Below, piece after piece: positions 9,336 to 18,932 of a stretch of DNA of 64,000 bases (position 1 is its first letter; each line of letters begins with the position of its first letter). The DNA lies in contig OY761614.1 in NCBI GenBank assembly GCA_963664825.1, positions 1,568,001 through 1,632,000 of the forward strand. Reading direction: 5' to 3'. The notes beneath the pieces were generated by a model. It had not been told where the DNA came from. It saw only the letters and a program-made list of their open reading frames with translations, and searched no databases. This stretch comes from an uncultured Holophaga sp. GTDB lineage: Bacteria > Acidobacteriota > Holophagae > Holophagales > Holophagaceae. The translations under genes were made by a program, and so were the position numbers.

Positions 9336-9584
9336 CTAGTTCTCTTCGTGATCCAGGGTGAAGGTGTAGGGGCCGGAGGCGCCCATCACTTCGCCCTCGG
9401 GCACCCGGAGGCTTGTGCGGCGCTGGGCGAGATGGACCACATGCCAGTGCCCGCCGCGCTGTCCGGCCTCCTTCATGGCGATGCGCGCGGCGCGGGTGCT
9501 ATCGCGATGGGCCACCTGGACCACCAGGTAGGCGCCTTCCTTCTCGGTGCGGTTCTCGAGGCCGATGGTGTAGATGCGTGTCAT
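9336..9584 (-). CDS. Small hypothetical protein
   Basis: ATG at 9584 with RBS CAGGAG; fills the hemL-hemE gap; host-like codon usage. Confidence 0.6.
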   Translation of the reverse strand: MTRIYTIGLENRTEKEGAYLVVQVAHRDSTRAARIAMKEAGQRGGHWHVVHLAQRRTSLRVPEGEVMGASGPYTFTLDHEEN

Positions 9585-9672
9585 GGCATTCTCCTGAAAA
9601 ATCCACCACCCAGGCGCGAAGGGCACCAAGGTTCACTAGGGAAAGGATACTGGGTGCCGGGGCATTCCGTCC

Positions 9673-10932
9673 TCATCGACTGAATGCGTCCTTCACGCTC
9701 TGGATGGCCTTCTCGAAATGCGCGAATTCCTTTTCCCCATGGGTGGCCGACAGGAAGGCCACTTCATAGCCGCTGGGGGGCAGGTAGACGCCCTGGTCCA
9801 GGAGGAGCTTGTGCATGCGATTGAACTGGAGGATGGCGCCGGATTCCACGCGATCGGCGCGCTTGACGCTGGGCTGGAAGAGGGGCCAGATCAGGCTGCC
9901 CAGATGGGGGGCGTGGAGGCCGGGGATCTCTTCGAAGGCCTGGGCCCAGCGCTCCGCCTGGGCTCCGAGTTCGGCATAGAGCGCAGGTGTCAGGCGCTCC
10001 AGCGTGGCGAGACCCGCGGCCATGGCCACGGGATTGCCCGAGAGGGTGCCCGCCTGGTAAACGGGACCATCGGGGCTCACGACGCCCATGATGTCCCTGC
10101 GTCCGCCATAGAGGCCCACGGGCATACCGCCTCCGATGATCTTGCCGAAGGTGACCAGGTCCGGCGCGATGCCGTAGCGTTCCGCCGCGCCCCCCGGGGC
10201 CACCCGGAAGCCGCTGATGACCTCATCGAAGATGAGCACCGCGCCGTGCTGGGTGCAGAGTTCCCGCAGGCGCTTCAGGAAGGAGAGATCCTGCAGCAGG
10301 AGGCCATTATTGGCCGGCACGGGCTCGATAATGGCCGCCGCCAGTGCCTTCCCGTGCTGGGTGAAGACCCGCTCCAGGCCTTCGGGATCATCCAGGCTGA
10401 TCACGAGGGTCAAATCGGCGAAGCCCTTGGGCACTCCCGCGCTGGTGGGTTCGCCAAAGGTCGCCAGCCCCGAGCCCGCCTTCACCAGCATGGAATCGGC
10501 GTGGCCGTGGTAGCAGCCTTCGAATTTCAGGAGGAGGTCCCGCTTGGTGAATCCGCGAGCGGTCCTGAGGGCGCTCATCACGGCTTCCGTGCCACTGGAG
10601 ACGAAGCGCATCTTCTCCACAAAGGGCACCATGGCCTTGATGCGGCGGGCCAGCGCGATCTCTCGCCGGGAGGGCGCGCCGAAGCTGAGGCCCTCCTGCA
10701 TGGCCTCCGAGACGGCGGCCAGCACATCCGGGTTCGCGTGTCCCAGGATCAGCGGCCCCCAGCTCATGCAGAGATCCAGGAAGGTCCGCCCGTCTTCGTC
10801 CTCAAACCAGGCGCCCCGGGCCTTGCGGAAGAACTTGGGCGTGCCCCCCACGGCCTTGAAGGCCCGCACGGGGCTGGATACGCCCCCCGGGAAGTGGGTG
10901 AGGGCTTCTTGAAACAGGGCATCGTTGTTCAT
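9673..10932 (-). CDS. hemL: Glutamate-1-semialdehyde 2,1-aminomutase
   Basis: PGGVSSPVRAF, SWGPLILGH, FEGCYHGH, FDEVISGFR, GKIIGGGMP and YQAGTLSGNP motifs. Confidence 0.95.
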   Translation of the reverse strand: MNNDALFQEALTHFPGGVSSPVRAFKAVGGTPKFFRKARGAWFEDEDGRTFLDLCMSWGPLILGHANPDVLAAVSEAMQEGLSFGAPSRREIALARRIKAMVPFVEKMRFVSSGTEAVMSALRTARGFTKRDLLLKFEGCYHGHADSMLVKAGSGLATFGEPTSAGVPKGFADLTLVISLDDPEGLERVFTQHGKALAAAIIEPVPANNGLLLQDLSFLKRLRELCTQHGAVLIFDEVISGFRVAPGGAAERYGIAPDLVTFGKIIGGGMPVGLYGGRRDIMGVVSPDGPVYQAGTLSGNPVAMAAGLATLERLTPALYAELGAQAERWAQAFEEIPGLHAPHLGSLIWPLFQPSVKRADRVESGAILQFNRMHKLLLDQGVYLPPSGYEVAFLSATHGEKEFAHFEKAIQSVKDAFSR

Positions 10933-10989
10933 GGGAGGGCTCGCAAAAAGAGCGGACAGGGAGCATGGCACCGGCAGGGCCGATGAGCC

Positions 10990-11469
10990 TCAGCCCCTGG
11001 CGAAGGGGACTTCATGGATGAGCGCGAGGATGCGCTGCAATTCCCGCGCGTCCGTGTCATCGAAATTGCCGGGCATATCGCTATCGATATCCAGCACGGC
11101 GGTGATGACGCCCTCCGGGTTGCGGAAGGGGATGGCGATCTCGGACTTGCTCCGGCTATCGCAGGCGATGTGGCCCGGGAAAGTCTCCACGTCTGGAACG
11201 ATCACGGGCGCCCCGCCGTTGAGGGCGGCCCAGCATACGCCCGTGTCCTTCTTGAGCTCCATGCAGGCGATGGGGCCTTGGTAGAGCTTCACGATCAGCC
11301 GGCCCTCCTTGAGGCCATAGAATCCCGTCCAGAAGAAGTGCTGCATCTTGTGGTGCAGCAGGGCTGCCACCGAGGCCATCCGGGCATCCGTATCCTCGCA
11401 TTTGGCCAGGAGTCCCGTCAGTTGGGTGTGGAGGCGCCCGTAGCGGGCTTGTTTCTGGGAAGTGTCCAT
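10990..11469 (-). CDS. GAF-domain protein, free methionine-R-sulfoxide reductase (MsrC/YebR)-like
   Basis: WTGFY, YQGPIAC, GVCWAA, VPDVETFPGHIACDSRSKSEIAIP and VLDIDS motifs. Confidence 0.8.
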   Translation of the reverse strand: MDTSQKQARYGRLHTQLTGLLAKCEDTDARMASVAALLHHKMQHFFWTGFYGLKEGRLIVKLYQGPIACMELKKDTGVCWAALNGGAPVIVPDVETFPGHIACDSRSKSEIAIPFRNPEGVITAVLDIDSDMPGNFDDTDARELQRILALIHEVPFARG

Positions 11470-11492
11470 TGAGGGCTCCGGCGAGGGAATGC

Positions 11493-11939
11493 CTAGCGGC
11501 CAGGGGCCGGGAGGGGACGATATTCGATGGTGATGCCCTGGAACGGGGTGATGCATTTTCCGGGTTTGTGGGGGTTCCGGTATTCGATCAGAAGATGATT
11601 GGGACTCAGCCATTGCACTCGAGGGTGAGCCCCCCCCTGGGATTTGATATTGAACACCACGGAACTGCCGCTGGCCCCATGCCTGCCCACGGAGGCCTCC
11701 GGCCCGTGGAGGTGGACCTCGTCGTACAGGGCGCCGAGGCCGAAACCAAGGCCGTTATCGATATGCTCCAGGGTGGCCTGCCAGCGGGAATCTGGAGATT
11801 GGAACAGGGTGGATTGCTGGACGATTCCCCCTTGAGTCTTCCGGGTGCCTTCCCAGAGGGCCCTGAGCCCGAGAAGAGCGCCCAGGGAGCCGCCCACGAG
11901 AGCGATGGCGATCAGTGATTTTCGGGTGGGAGTTTTCAT
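11493..11939 (-). CDS. Hypothetical membrane-anchored/exported protein
   Basis: N-terminal hydrophobic anchor, beta-rich body (SPDSRW, WLSPNHLLIEY). Confidence 0.55.
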   Translation of the reverse strand: MKTPTRKSLIAIALVGGSLGALLGLRALWEGTRKTQGGIVQQSTLFQSPDSRWQATLEHIDNGLGFGLGALYDEVHLHGPEASVGRHGASGSSVVFNIKSQGGAHPRVQWLSPNHLLIEYRNPHKPGKCITPFQGITIEYRPLPAPGR

Positions 11940-12011
11940 CAGACCTGGGCCTTTCTTGTTTCACTTCGGCAGGGCGAAGGACCGCCCAGCGCCTTAACCC
12001 GCGGCAGGGAA

Positions 12012-12920
12012 TTACGGGACGAACTTGTCCACCGTTCCCTTCCCGTTACAGGAGGGGCAGGCCTTGTGGTAGTGATTCTCGAATTTCCCGCACACGGGGC
12101 AGGCCCTGTTGCTGGCATCCCCGTGTCCGAAATTCGCCACGGAGGTGGGGATGGGATCCTTCCCCGTCCCCTTGCAGAAGGAGCAGGCCACCTTGGTCAT
12201 GTGCCCCGTGGCCGGACTCCCAAGGGCTGGCTGGATGTTCGAATGGGCGGGAGCCAGGGCCGTGTTCCCTGGCTGAATCCCTTGAAGGGCCTGGGACAAC
12301 TGCTGGGTGTCGGTAGTCATCAGGTAGCCGTCGCTGTGGTGCCACCACATCACATCGCTATTCGGAGAAGGGAAGCGACTCAGGATGACCTTGGTCACCG
12401 TATTGTCGCGCAGCTCCACCAGTTCCCCCAGGATGCCTCCCTCGTAGAGGAGGTAGTACCAGTTGTTGAAGGGATTCCACAGAGAATCCAGTTCGGAGCC
12501 TGTAACCCAGGTCTTCTGGGTTCTCACGTAGTACTTCCCCGCCGGCAGGTTCGTGAATTCGAAGGTGCCCTCCAGGTCGACGGTGGTGGTGCGCCTCGCC
12601 TTGAGGAAGAGGGGCGAAGGGTGTGTCAGGGCGCGATGGGCCCAGTGGGTCCCGGCCTTGCTCCACCATTCCTCCCCCACCGAGGTGGCGGGGTCGAGGG
12701 TGACTAGTTCTCCCGCGAGCTTGGCCACGGTGCCGTTCTTCTGCGCGAAAAAGGCTTGCCCATGGAGGGCCGCCGTGCCTGGCTTGAGATAGGGGGTATA
12801 TTCCTGCTCTCCGGCCACAGCATTCCAGACCGGTGGAGGGGGCACCGGCTCGGGCACCTGGCAGGCCGCCATGCACAATAGGACCAACGCCATCAAGGCT
12901 GCTTTCACGTTTTCCTCCAA
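12012..12920 (-). CDS. Putative lipoprotein with a prealbumin-like beta-sandwich and a C-terminal DnaJ-type CxxCxGxG zinc finger
   Basis: Lipobox-like LLCMAAC; GTFEFTNLPAGKYYV; CSFCKGTG...CPVC...CPSCNGKG. Confidence 0.65.
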   Translation of the reverse strand: MEENVKAALMALVLLCMAACQVPEPVPPPPVWNAVAGEQEYTPYLKPGTAALHGQAFFAQKNGTVAKLAGELVTLDPATSVGEEWWSKAGTHWAHRALTHPSPLFLKARRTTTVDLEGTFEFTNLPAGKYYVRTQKTWVTGSELDSLWNPFNNWYYLLYEGGILGELVELRDNTVTKVILSRFPSPNSDVMWWHHSDGYLMTTDTQQLSQALQGIQPGNTALAPAHSNIQPALGSPATGHMTKVACSFCKGTGKDPIPTSVANFGHGDASNRACPVCGKFENHYHKACPSCNGKGTVDKFVP

Positions 12921-12965
12921 GTTCCGGCCCTCGGCAGAGAGCCCACATTCACGCCCAGGGCGGCC

Positions 12966-13934
12966 TTATTTCACCCATCCCTTGCTCACGGCTTCGCGTC
13001 CCGCGTAGGTGATGATCATGTCGGAGCCCGCCCGGCGCAGGCTGATCAGTTGCTCGTACATGAGCTGGTCCCCGTTGAGCCATCCCAGCTGGTCCCCGGC
13101 CTTGACGGCGCTGTATTCGCTGGAGACGTGGTAGCTGCAGATGGGCAGGAGGCAGGCCTCCTTCAGGCGCCAGATGAGATCCAGGCTGTGGAGGCCGGGC
13201 TTGACCATGAGGATATCGGCCCCTTCCTCGATATCCATCAGGGCGTCCTTGAGGCCCTCCCGGGCATTGCGGGGATCCATCTGGTAGCTGCGGCGGTCGC
13301 CGAAATGGGGGGCGCTGTCGGCGGCCTCCCGGAAGGGGCCGTAGTAGGCGCCGTTGTGCTTGATGGCGTAGCTCATGATGGCCGTGTTCTGGAAGCCCTC
13401 CTCGTCCATGCGGACCCGCAGGGCCGCGACGCGGCCATCCATCATGTCGGAAGGCGCCACGACGTCGGCGCCCGCCTGGGCGTGGGTGAGGGCCATTTCC
13501 GCCAGGATCGCCACGCTCTCGTCGTTGACCACGTAGCCGTCCTTCACCACGCCGCAGTGGCCGTGGTCCGTGTAGGCGCAGAGGCACACGTCCGTCATTA
13601 CGATGAGGTCATCGCCGAAGGCCTTTTTCAGGGCCGCCACTGCCATGGGCACGGGGCCCTTGGGATCGCGGCTGCTCTTGGCGGTGGAGTCCTTCTCATC
13701 CGGCAGGCCGAAGAGCAGCACGCTGCGGAGGCCCAGCTTGAGATCGGCCTCCACCTGCTGCAGGGTGGCCTGGACGCCCGTGCGGGCGATGCCGGGCATG
13801 GCCTGGATGGGATCGCTCCCTTCGCCGCTCTTCACGAAGTAGGGCTGGATGAGCTGGCGGGCCGCCAGATCGGTTTCGGCCACGAGATCGCGAATGGCCT
13901 TGGTGCGGCGGAGACGGCGGGGACGCAGGAACAT
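12966..13934 (-). CDS. hemB: Porphobilinogen synthase (ALA dehydratase)
   Basis: RPRRLR, DVCLCAYTDHGHCG, APSDMMDGRV, YGPFREA, GDRRSYQMD and LMVKP motifs. Confidence 0.95.
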   Translation of the reverse strand: MFLRPRRLRRTKAIRDLVAETDLAARQLIQPYFVKSGEGSDPIQAMPGIARTGVQATLQQVEADLKLGLRSVLLFGLPDEKDSTAKSSRDPKGPVPMAVAALKKAFGDDLIVMTDVCLCAYTDHGHCGVVKDGYVVNDESVAILAEMALTHAQAGADVVAPSDMMDGRVAALRVRMDEEGFQNTAIMSYAIKHNGAYYGPFREAADSAPHFGDRRSYQMDPRNAREGLKDALMDIEEGADILMVKPGLHSLDLIWRLKEACLLPICSYHVSSEYSAVKAGDQLGWLNGDQLMYEQLISLRRAGSDMIITYAGREAVSKGWVK

Positions 13935-13955
13935 GGGATTCTCCTCAGATGGGGC

Positions 13956-14594
13956 TCAAAGATACGCTGCCAGGATACGCCCCAGATCCTCGGCCCTGGG
14001 CTCGCAGACGGCCTGGGCGGGCGCGCCCGCGGCCATGAAGGCCGCCGCTGTGCGTTCTCCCCAGGCGAAGCGCAGGACGTCTCCCGTGAGAGGGGCCATG
14101 ATCTCGGCCTGGAGGGGACTGAGGGCCAGGACGCCGTCCAGTTCGGGCCGTCGGGGCACCGGATTGAGGGAGGCCTCCTGGTGGGTGATCCAGGGATGGA
14201 GGCGCCAGGGGGTGCCTTGGGCCGCGTCTTCCAGATACCCGCGGCTGCGCTCGCCTCGCACCAGCAGGAAATCCCCGCCCTCCGGGTAGCGGTGGCGCAG
14301 GGATTCCCACATGCCTTCGGCCTTGGGCTCGGGGCTGATGTGGACTTCGTGGCCCACCAGGACTCGGCCCGTGGCCTCTCCCGTGACCAGACAGGGCATG
14401 CCCACCGGCAGACGAGCGGCCCGGGCCCCCGCGGGGCTGAGCACCAGGGCGGCCCGGGCGCGGGCGAAGGGGGAGGGCGAATCCACGGGCCTCAGTTCCG
14501 TGACGGGCCAGAACACCGCCTCCCAGCCGCTCTTGCGAACGGTTCGGCTCAGTGCGTCGTCGGTACCTCGGGCCAGACCCAAGCGGATTACCAT
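13956..14594 (-). CDS. hemD: Uroporphyrinogen-III synthase
   Basis: Directly downstream of hemC; LVLSPAGA, VTGEATG, LVRGERSR, LSPLQA and AWGERTA match the divergent HemD pattern. Confidence 0.7.
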   Translation of the reverse strand: MVIRLGLARGTDDALSRTVRKSGWEAVFWPVTELRPVDSPSPFARARAALVLSPAGARAARLPVGMPCLVTGEATGRVLVGHEVHISPEPKAEGMWESLRHRYPEGGDFLLVRGERSRGYLEDAAQGTPWRLHPWITHQEASLNPVPRRPELDGVLALSPLQAEIMAPLTGDVLRFAWGERTAAAFMAAGAPAQAVCEPRAEDLGRILAAYL

Positions 14595-15460
14595 CCAAGA
14601 CCTCTCATCACTTCCGCCAGGAGGCGGACATCTTCGGTTCCTTCGCTTTCGGCCCACCGGAGGCCGTCCTGGGCGGCATAAGCGGCCCGGAGATGCAGGC
14701 CGCCTCCGTCCTTGATTTCGGCCAGGGCTCCCAGGGGCTGCTGGCAGCCCCCGCCGAGATTGGCCAGCACCTGGCGTTCCAGCCGGACGCAGCGTTCCGT
14801 GGAGGCATCGTGAAAGCCGCGGAGGACCTCCACCAGATCGGCACGATCCCTCCGGGTTTCCGCCAGCAGCGCCCCTTGGGCCGGTGCGGGCAGCAGCTCA
14901 CAGGGACCCAAGGGCCGCACGCGAAAGCCGGAGAGATCCAGGCCCAGGCGCAGGAGGCCCGAAGCCGCCAGCACCGTGCCATGGAGGGGCTCCTCCCGCA
15001 GCAGGCCCTCCCGCACGCGCTGGAGCCGCGTGGGCACGTTCCCCCGAATCCAGGTGAAGGAGGCCTGGGGCAGGGCCTGCCTCAGGAAGCGGCTGCGTCG
15101 CTCGGAGCCCGTGCCGATGATGGGGTGTTTCGGGGCGTCAGGCCTCATCACGAGCCAGTCCGCGGGATCCTCCCGCCGGGGCACGCAGGCCTGAATGATG
15201 CCTTCCGGGCGCTCCAGGGCCACATCCTTGAAGGAGTGGATCAGCAGATCCACCTCCTGGGCCAGCAGGGACTCCTCCAGTTCCCGGGTGAAAAAGCCCG
15301 CGCCCACCTGCTTGTCCAGGGGCCCCGCCAGCCAGGCATCCCCGCGGGTGGTGAAGCGCTTCCAGGTGATTTCGACCCCCTGTTCGAGGAGGAATTGCAC
15401 CATGGGCTCCCCCTGGCGCACGGCCAGTTCGGATCCCCGGGTCCCGATCACGGCCCTCAT
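14588..15460 (-). CDS. hemC: Hydroxymethylbilane synthase (porphobilinogen deaminase)
   Basis: Start trimmed to MRAVIGTRGSELA; GFFTRELE, HSFKD, IRGNVPTRL, PAPAQGAL and LGGGCQQPLG motifs. Confidence 0.92.
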   Translation of the reverse strand: MRAVIGTRGSELAVRQGEPMVQFLLEQGVEITWKRFTTRGDAWLAGPLDKQVGAGFFTRELEESLLAQEVDLLIHSFKDVALERPEGIIQACVPRREDPADWLVMRPDAPKHPIIGTGSERRSRFLRQALPQASFTWIRGNVPTRLQRVREGLLREEPLHGTVLAASGLLRLGLDLSGFRVRPLGPCELLPAPAQGALLAETRRDRADLVEVLRGFHDASTERCVRLERQVLANLGGGCQQPLGALAEIKDGGGLHLRAAYAAQDGLRWAESEGTEDVRLLAEVMRGLGW

Positions 15461-16611
15461 AGGGCGTCGAGGTCGTGGCTGCCCTGATTCATGGCCCTGA
15501 ACGCCAGGGTGCGACCCCGCTTCAGGACAGCCCGGAGGGCTTCCGTTTGACTTTCCTCCAGGCGGCCCAGCACGCTCCCGGCCCCGAGGGCTTCCTCCTC
15601 CAGTTGATCCCAGGCTTCCGTGAGCCGATCCTGGGAGGTGCGCATGTGGCATTTGAGGGCGCGCTCTTCGGCTCGCTTGCGCAGCCGGTGGACGGCGCTC
15701 AGGAGCAAGGGGTCGGCCTCGTCGGCGGCGATCTTCCGCGCCTGTTTGGCTTGCTCGGTCTCGGCCAGGAAGGCCGAGAGGTCCACCCGATGGACCCAGG
15801 GCAGCTTGCCCAGGGCCGGTTCCGTATCCGGGGGCAGGCCCAGGTCCAGGATCCGGAGATGGGGCAGCCTGAGGTTCTCCCAGGCGGCCAGGGTGAAGAG
15901 GGGACGGGGAGCGGCAGTGGCCGTCACCAGGGCGTCGAAGCCCTCCGGGCTGCGCTGGACCTGGGAGAGGGGCACGGTGGGATGGCCCAGGGCTTCGGCC
16001 TTGGACTGGGTGCGATTGGAAATCGCCACGCGGAATCCGCGTTCTGGCAGGCGTTCGGCCAAGTAGCGGGTCATGGGCCCCACCCCCACCAGGAGCACGG
16101 CGGCCCCCTTGGGCAGGGCGTCCTCGATGTGGCGCAGGGCGCCGGTGGCCACAGAGGCGCTGCCATCGGCCAGGCCGATCTTCACCCGCAGGCGCTGGGC
16201 CTCCCGCAGCACATCCTCGATCACCGCCGTGGATTCGCCATAGGCGGCTCCCACTTCCCGGGCCTGCTCCAGGGCGTTGCGCAGCTGGTCGACGATCTCC
16301 CGGTCCCCCAGATTGGCGCTCTGGAGCCCGGTGGCCACTTCCAGCAGATGCCTCCAGGCGGATTCGCCCTCGTAGCGAGCCACGTCGGCCATGAGGCCGA
16401 GGTTTTCTGGATTGCCGCCCCAGAACATCCACATGGCCCGCTGGCAGGTGGTCAGGTAGACCATCTCGCAGGCCCCCGTGATGCGCCGCCAGCGGATCAA
16501 ATGCTCCGGCAGATGGTCCCGCACCACGTGCCGGGCCACCATGTCGAGGTCATGAACGGGAGAATGGAAGGCCAGGATTACGGGATCCATGCGGTAGGGA
16601 TCACCCTTCAT
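15457..16611 (-). CDS. hemA: Glutamyl-tRNA reductase (divergent)
   Basis: LTTCQR (catalytic Cys; canonical STCNR), HLLEVATGLQS, LVGVGPM NADPH motif, SNRT and LDLGLPPD; overlaps hemC. Start 16611 or 16590. Confidence 0.8.
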   Translation of the reverse strand: MKGDPYRMDPVILAFHSPVHDLDMVARHVVRDHLPEHLIRWRRITGACEMVYLTTCQRAMWMFWGGNPENLGLMADVARYEGESAWRHLLEVATGLQSANLGDREIVDQLRNALEQAREVGAAYGESTAVIEDVLREAQRLRVKIGLADGSASVATGALRHIEDALPKGAAVLLVGVGPMTRYLAERLPERGFRVAISNRTQSKAEALGHPTVPLSQVQRSPEGFDALVTATAAPRPLFTLAAWENLRLPHLRILDLGLPPDTEPALGKLPWVHRVDLSAFLAETEQAKQARKIAADEADPLLLSAVHRLRKRAEERALKCHMRTSQDRLTEAWDQLEEEALGAGSVLGRLEESQTEALRAVLKRGRTLAFRAMNQGSHDLDAL

Positions 16612-16622
16612 GGATCATGATA

Positions 16623-17849
16623 CTAGTCCCCTCCCTGCATGCCCAACCCCTGGCCCCGGAGATGCTCGGGTACGGGGCTGGAGCTGGAGGAGACCGGCGG
16701 CGGGGCCTGGAAGGTGGAATGCCGAGGCTCGGGACGAGTCCCCTTGAAGATCTGAGCCATCTGTTCGGGATTGGCGAAGACCTCCAGTCGCTCCAGTTGC
16801 TCGGCGGTGGGGAAGCCCTCGTAGCGCAGGCGCCTGGGCCCCCAGATATTGACGACACTCCCCTTCAGCTCCGGGATGCGGGGCAGGGTCTGGCGGAAGA
16901 AGATCCCCAGGGGCTGGCCGTTCTTGGAGACGAAGCCGATGGTGTCGCACTCCGGCACGAGGGCGGGCTTGCCCTCGGCCCAGAGGGCCATGCTCACGGA
17001 GCGGCCATTGTTGGTCTTCAGCAGGGTCATGGGTGTGGGCAGACCGAGTTCGGGATCCAGATCCTCGTCCTGGGCGCGGTAGGCCTCCAGGAGGTCTCCC
17101 AGGTGGAGCTCCCGCTGGGGCTGGGCGATGGGATGGGGATCCTGGAGGGTGGCCGCTAGGAGCTCCTCGTTGACGTACTGCAGGATGACGGCCTGGACCC
17201 GTGGGCCGCTCGGTGTGGCCAGGGATTGTCCAATGGCATCCACGAGTTTAGGGAGCAGTACCTGAGGTGCGGCCAGGAAGTGGCCCTCGCAGGGAATGGC
17301 GATGAAGGTGTTCTGACCCGGGAAGAGATTGGCCCAGAGCTCCGGCAGGAGAATCCGGGCGGCGTCGAAACCATCCCTGTAGGTGCTCCGGTAGATCCCG
17401 CTGGGCAGGCGCTCGAAGGGCTTGTCCTTGGAACAATCCCGGAGATGCTCCAGGGCCCGTTCCATCACGTTCTCCAGGCTCACATCCCAGAGGGCCAGCC
17501 AGGCCTCGGGCATGGCCTCATCGCCCACTCGCAGGCGCTCGCTGAGGCCTTCGATCACGGGGCGGTAGTAACGCTGCTCCCGTTCGGCTCGCCAGGTGGG
17601 CACGATTTCAGGCATGACCTCGAATTGGGCATCGACCCAGGGGGGAGGGAAGGCCCAGCCCTTGCGATGCAGTTCGGCCACCGCATCGGCCCAGCGCACC
17701 CGCTCCTCGGCCTGGAGGTTTTCAAAGATGCCCAGGAAGGGCTCCAGACCTGGAATTTCCTCGGGAAGCTCCCGTTCCCCGAAGAGCTCTCCGAGGCTCG
17801 GGAGAGGCGTCACTTCGGCATGGGCGAAAAATCGTGAAAGAAAACTCAT
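16623..17849 (-). CDS. Hypothetical protein, DUF1444/YtpQ-like central region
   Basis: Long ORF with host-like codon usage; DGFDAARILLP...FIAIP resembles DUF1444 proteins (from memory, unverified). Confidence 0.6.
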   Translation of the reverse strand: MSFLSRFFAHAEVTPLPSLGELFGERELPEEIPGLEPFLGIFENLQAEERVRWADAVAELHRKGWAFPPPWVDAQFEVMPEIVPTWRAEREQRYYRPVIEGLSERLRVGDEAMPEAWLALWDVSLENVMERALEHLRDCSKDKPFERLPSGIYRSTYRDGFDAARILLPELWANLFPGQNTFIAIPCEGHFLAAPQVLLPKLVDAIGQSLATPSGPRVQAVILQYVNEELLAATLQDPHPIAQPQRELHLGDLLEAYRAQDEDLDPELGLPTPMTLLKTNNGRSVSMALWAEGKPALVPECDTIGFVSKNGQPLGIFFRQTLPRIPELKGSVVNIWGPRRLRYEGFPTAEQLERLEVFANPEQMAQIFKGTRPEPRHSTFQAPPPVSSSSSPVPEHLRGQGLGMQGGD

Positions 17850-17917
17850 GGGCAGCTCGATTCCAGCCTCCCATTTTGCCCGAGAAGCCGGGCCGTGATT
17901 AGCCTAATCTTGAATCC

Positions 17918-18925
17918 ATGCGGGTCATAGATTCTCTGGAACGTCCTCTGCGAGCCCTTCGGGTCTCGGTGACGGATCGTTGCAATCTCCGATGCTCCTA
18001 CTGTATGCCTCGGGAGCGTTTCGGGGAGGGGCACGCCTTTCTTTCCCCGGGAGAGATCCTGGATTTTGACGAGATCGAGCGCCTGGCCCGTATCTTCGTG
18101 GGCCTGGGGGTTGAAAAGCTCCGGATCACCGGGGGCGAACCCCTGCTCCGTCCGGGACTGCCCTCTCTCATCGCTCGCCTGCGGAGGATCGAGGGCCTCC
18201 GGGAATTGGCGCTCACCACCAATGGCGTGCTCTTGGAGGGCCTCGCCCAGCCTCTACGGGAGGCCGGTCTGGACCGGATCACCGTGAGCCTGGATTCCCT
18301 GGATCCCGGGCGCTACGCGGCCATCTCCGACTCCAGGTTCCCTCTGGGCCGGGCCCTGGCCGGCATCCAGGCCGCCCGGGAGGTCGGCTTCTTCCCCATC
18401 AAGCTCAACTGTGTGCTGCAACGCGGCATGAACGAATCCGATATCCTGCCCTTGGCCGAATTCGCCCGGGAAGAGGGCCACACCCTGCGTTTTATCGAAT
18501 TCATGGACGTGGGCCCGGATAGTGCCTGGGCCCTGGATAGGGTCGTACCCGCCTCGGAAGTCGCGGAGATCCTCGCCTTCCGTTGGCCCATGGAGCCCTT
18601 CCATAGCGCCCACACCAACTGTGTGGCCCAGCACTGGCGCTACCTGGATGGCCGTGGCGACCTGGGGCTCATCGCCTCTGTCACCCAACCCTTCTGTGCC
18701 GGCTGCGACCGGGCAAGGCTCTCGGCGGAAGGCAGGCTCTACACCTGTCTCTTCGCCCACGAAGGCCTGGATCTCAAGGCGCCCTTGCGCGCCGAGGCCT
18801 CGGATGGGGAGCTGAAGGCCCTGGTGCAGTGCCGCTGGCAGCGCCGGAACGATCGCTATTCCGAACTCCGCTCTGAAACAACAACACCCCGGCCTAAAGT
18901 GGAGATGTCCCACATCGGTGGATGA
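17918..18925 (+). CDS. moaA: GTP 3',8-cyclase (molybdopterin biosynthesis)
   Basis: LRVSVTDRCNLRCSYCMP, RITGGEPL, FCAGCDRARLS...YTCLF and C-terminal MSHIGG. Confidence 0.95.
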   Translation: MRVIDSLERPLRALRVSVTDRCNLRCSYCMPRERFGEGHAFLSPGEILDFDEIERLARIFVGLGVEKLRITGGEPLLRPGLPSLIARLRRIEGLRELALTTNGVLLEGLAQPLREAGLDRITVSLDSLDPGRYAAISDSRFPLGRALAGIQAAREVGFFPIKLNCVLQRGMNESDILPLAEFAREEGHTLRFIEFMDVGPDSAWALDRVVPASEVAEILAFRWPMEPFHSAHTNCVAQHWRYLDGRGDLGLIASVTQPFCAGCDRARLSAEGRLYTCLFAHEGLDLKAPLRAEASDGELKALVQCRWQRRNDRYSELRSETTTPRPKVEMSHIGG

Positions 18926-18932
18926 GTCGCTG

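Noticed and set aside
14588..16432. 614-aa HemC fusion, and other N-terminally extended ORFs (32488, 28559, 52505, 49583)
   Set aside because: The extensions overlap other genes, the tRNA or riboswitches; internal starts give normal-sized proteins
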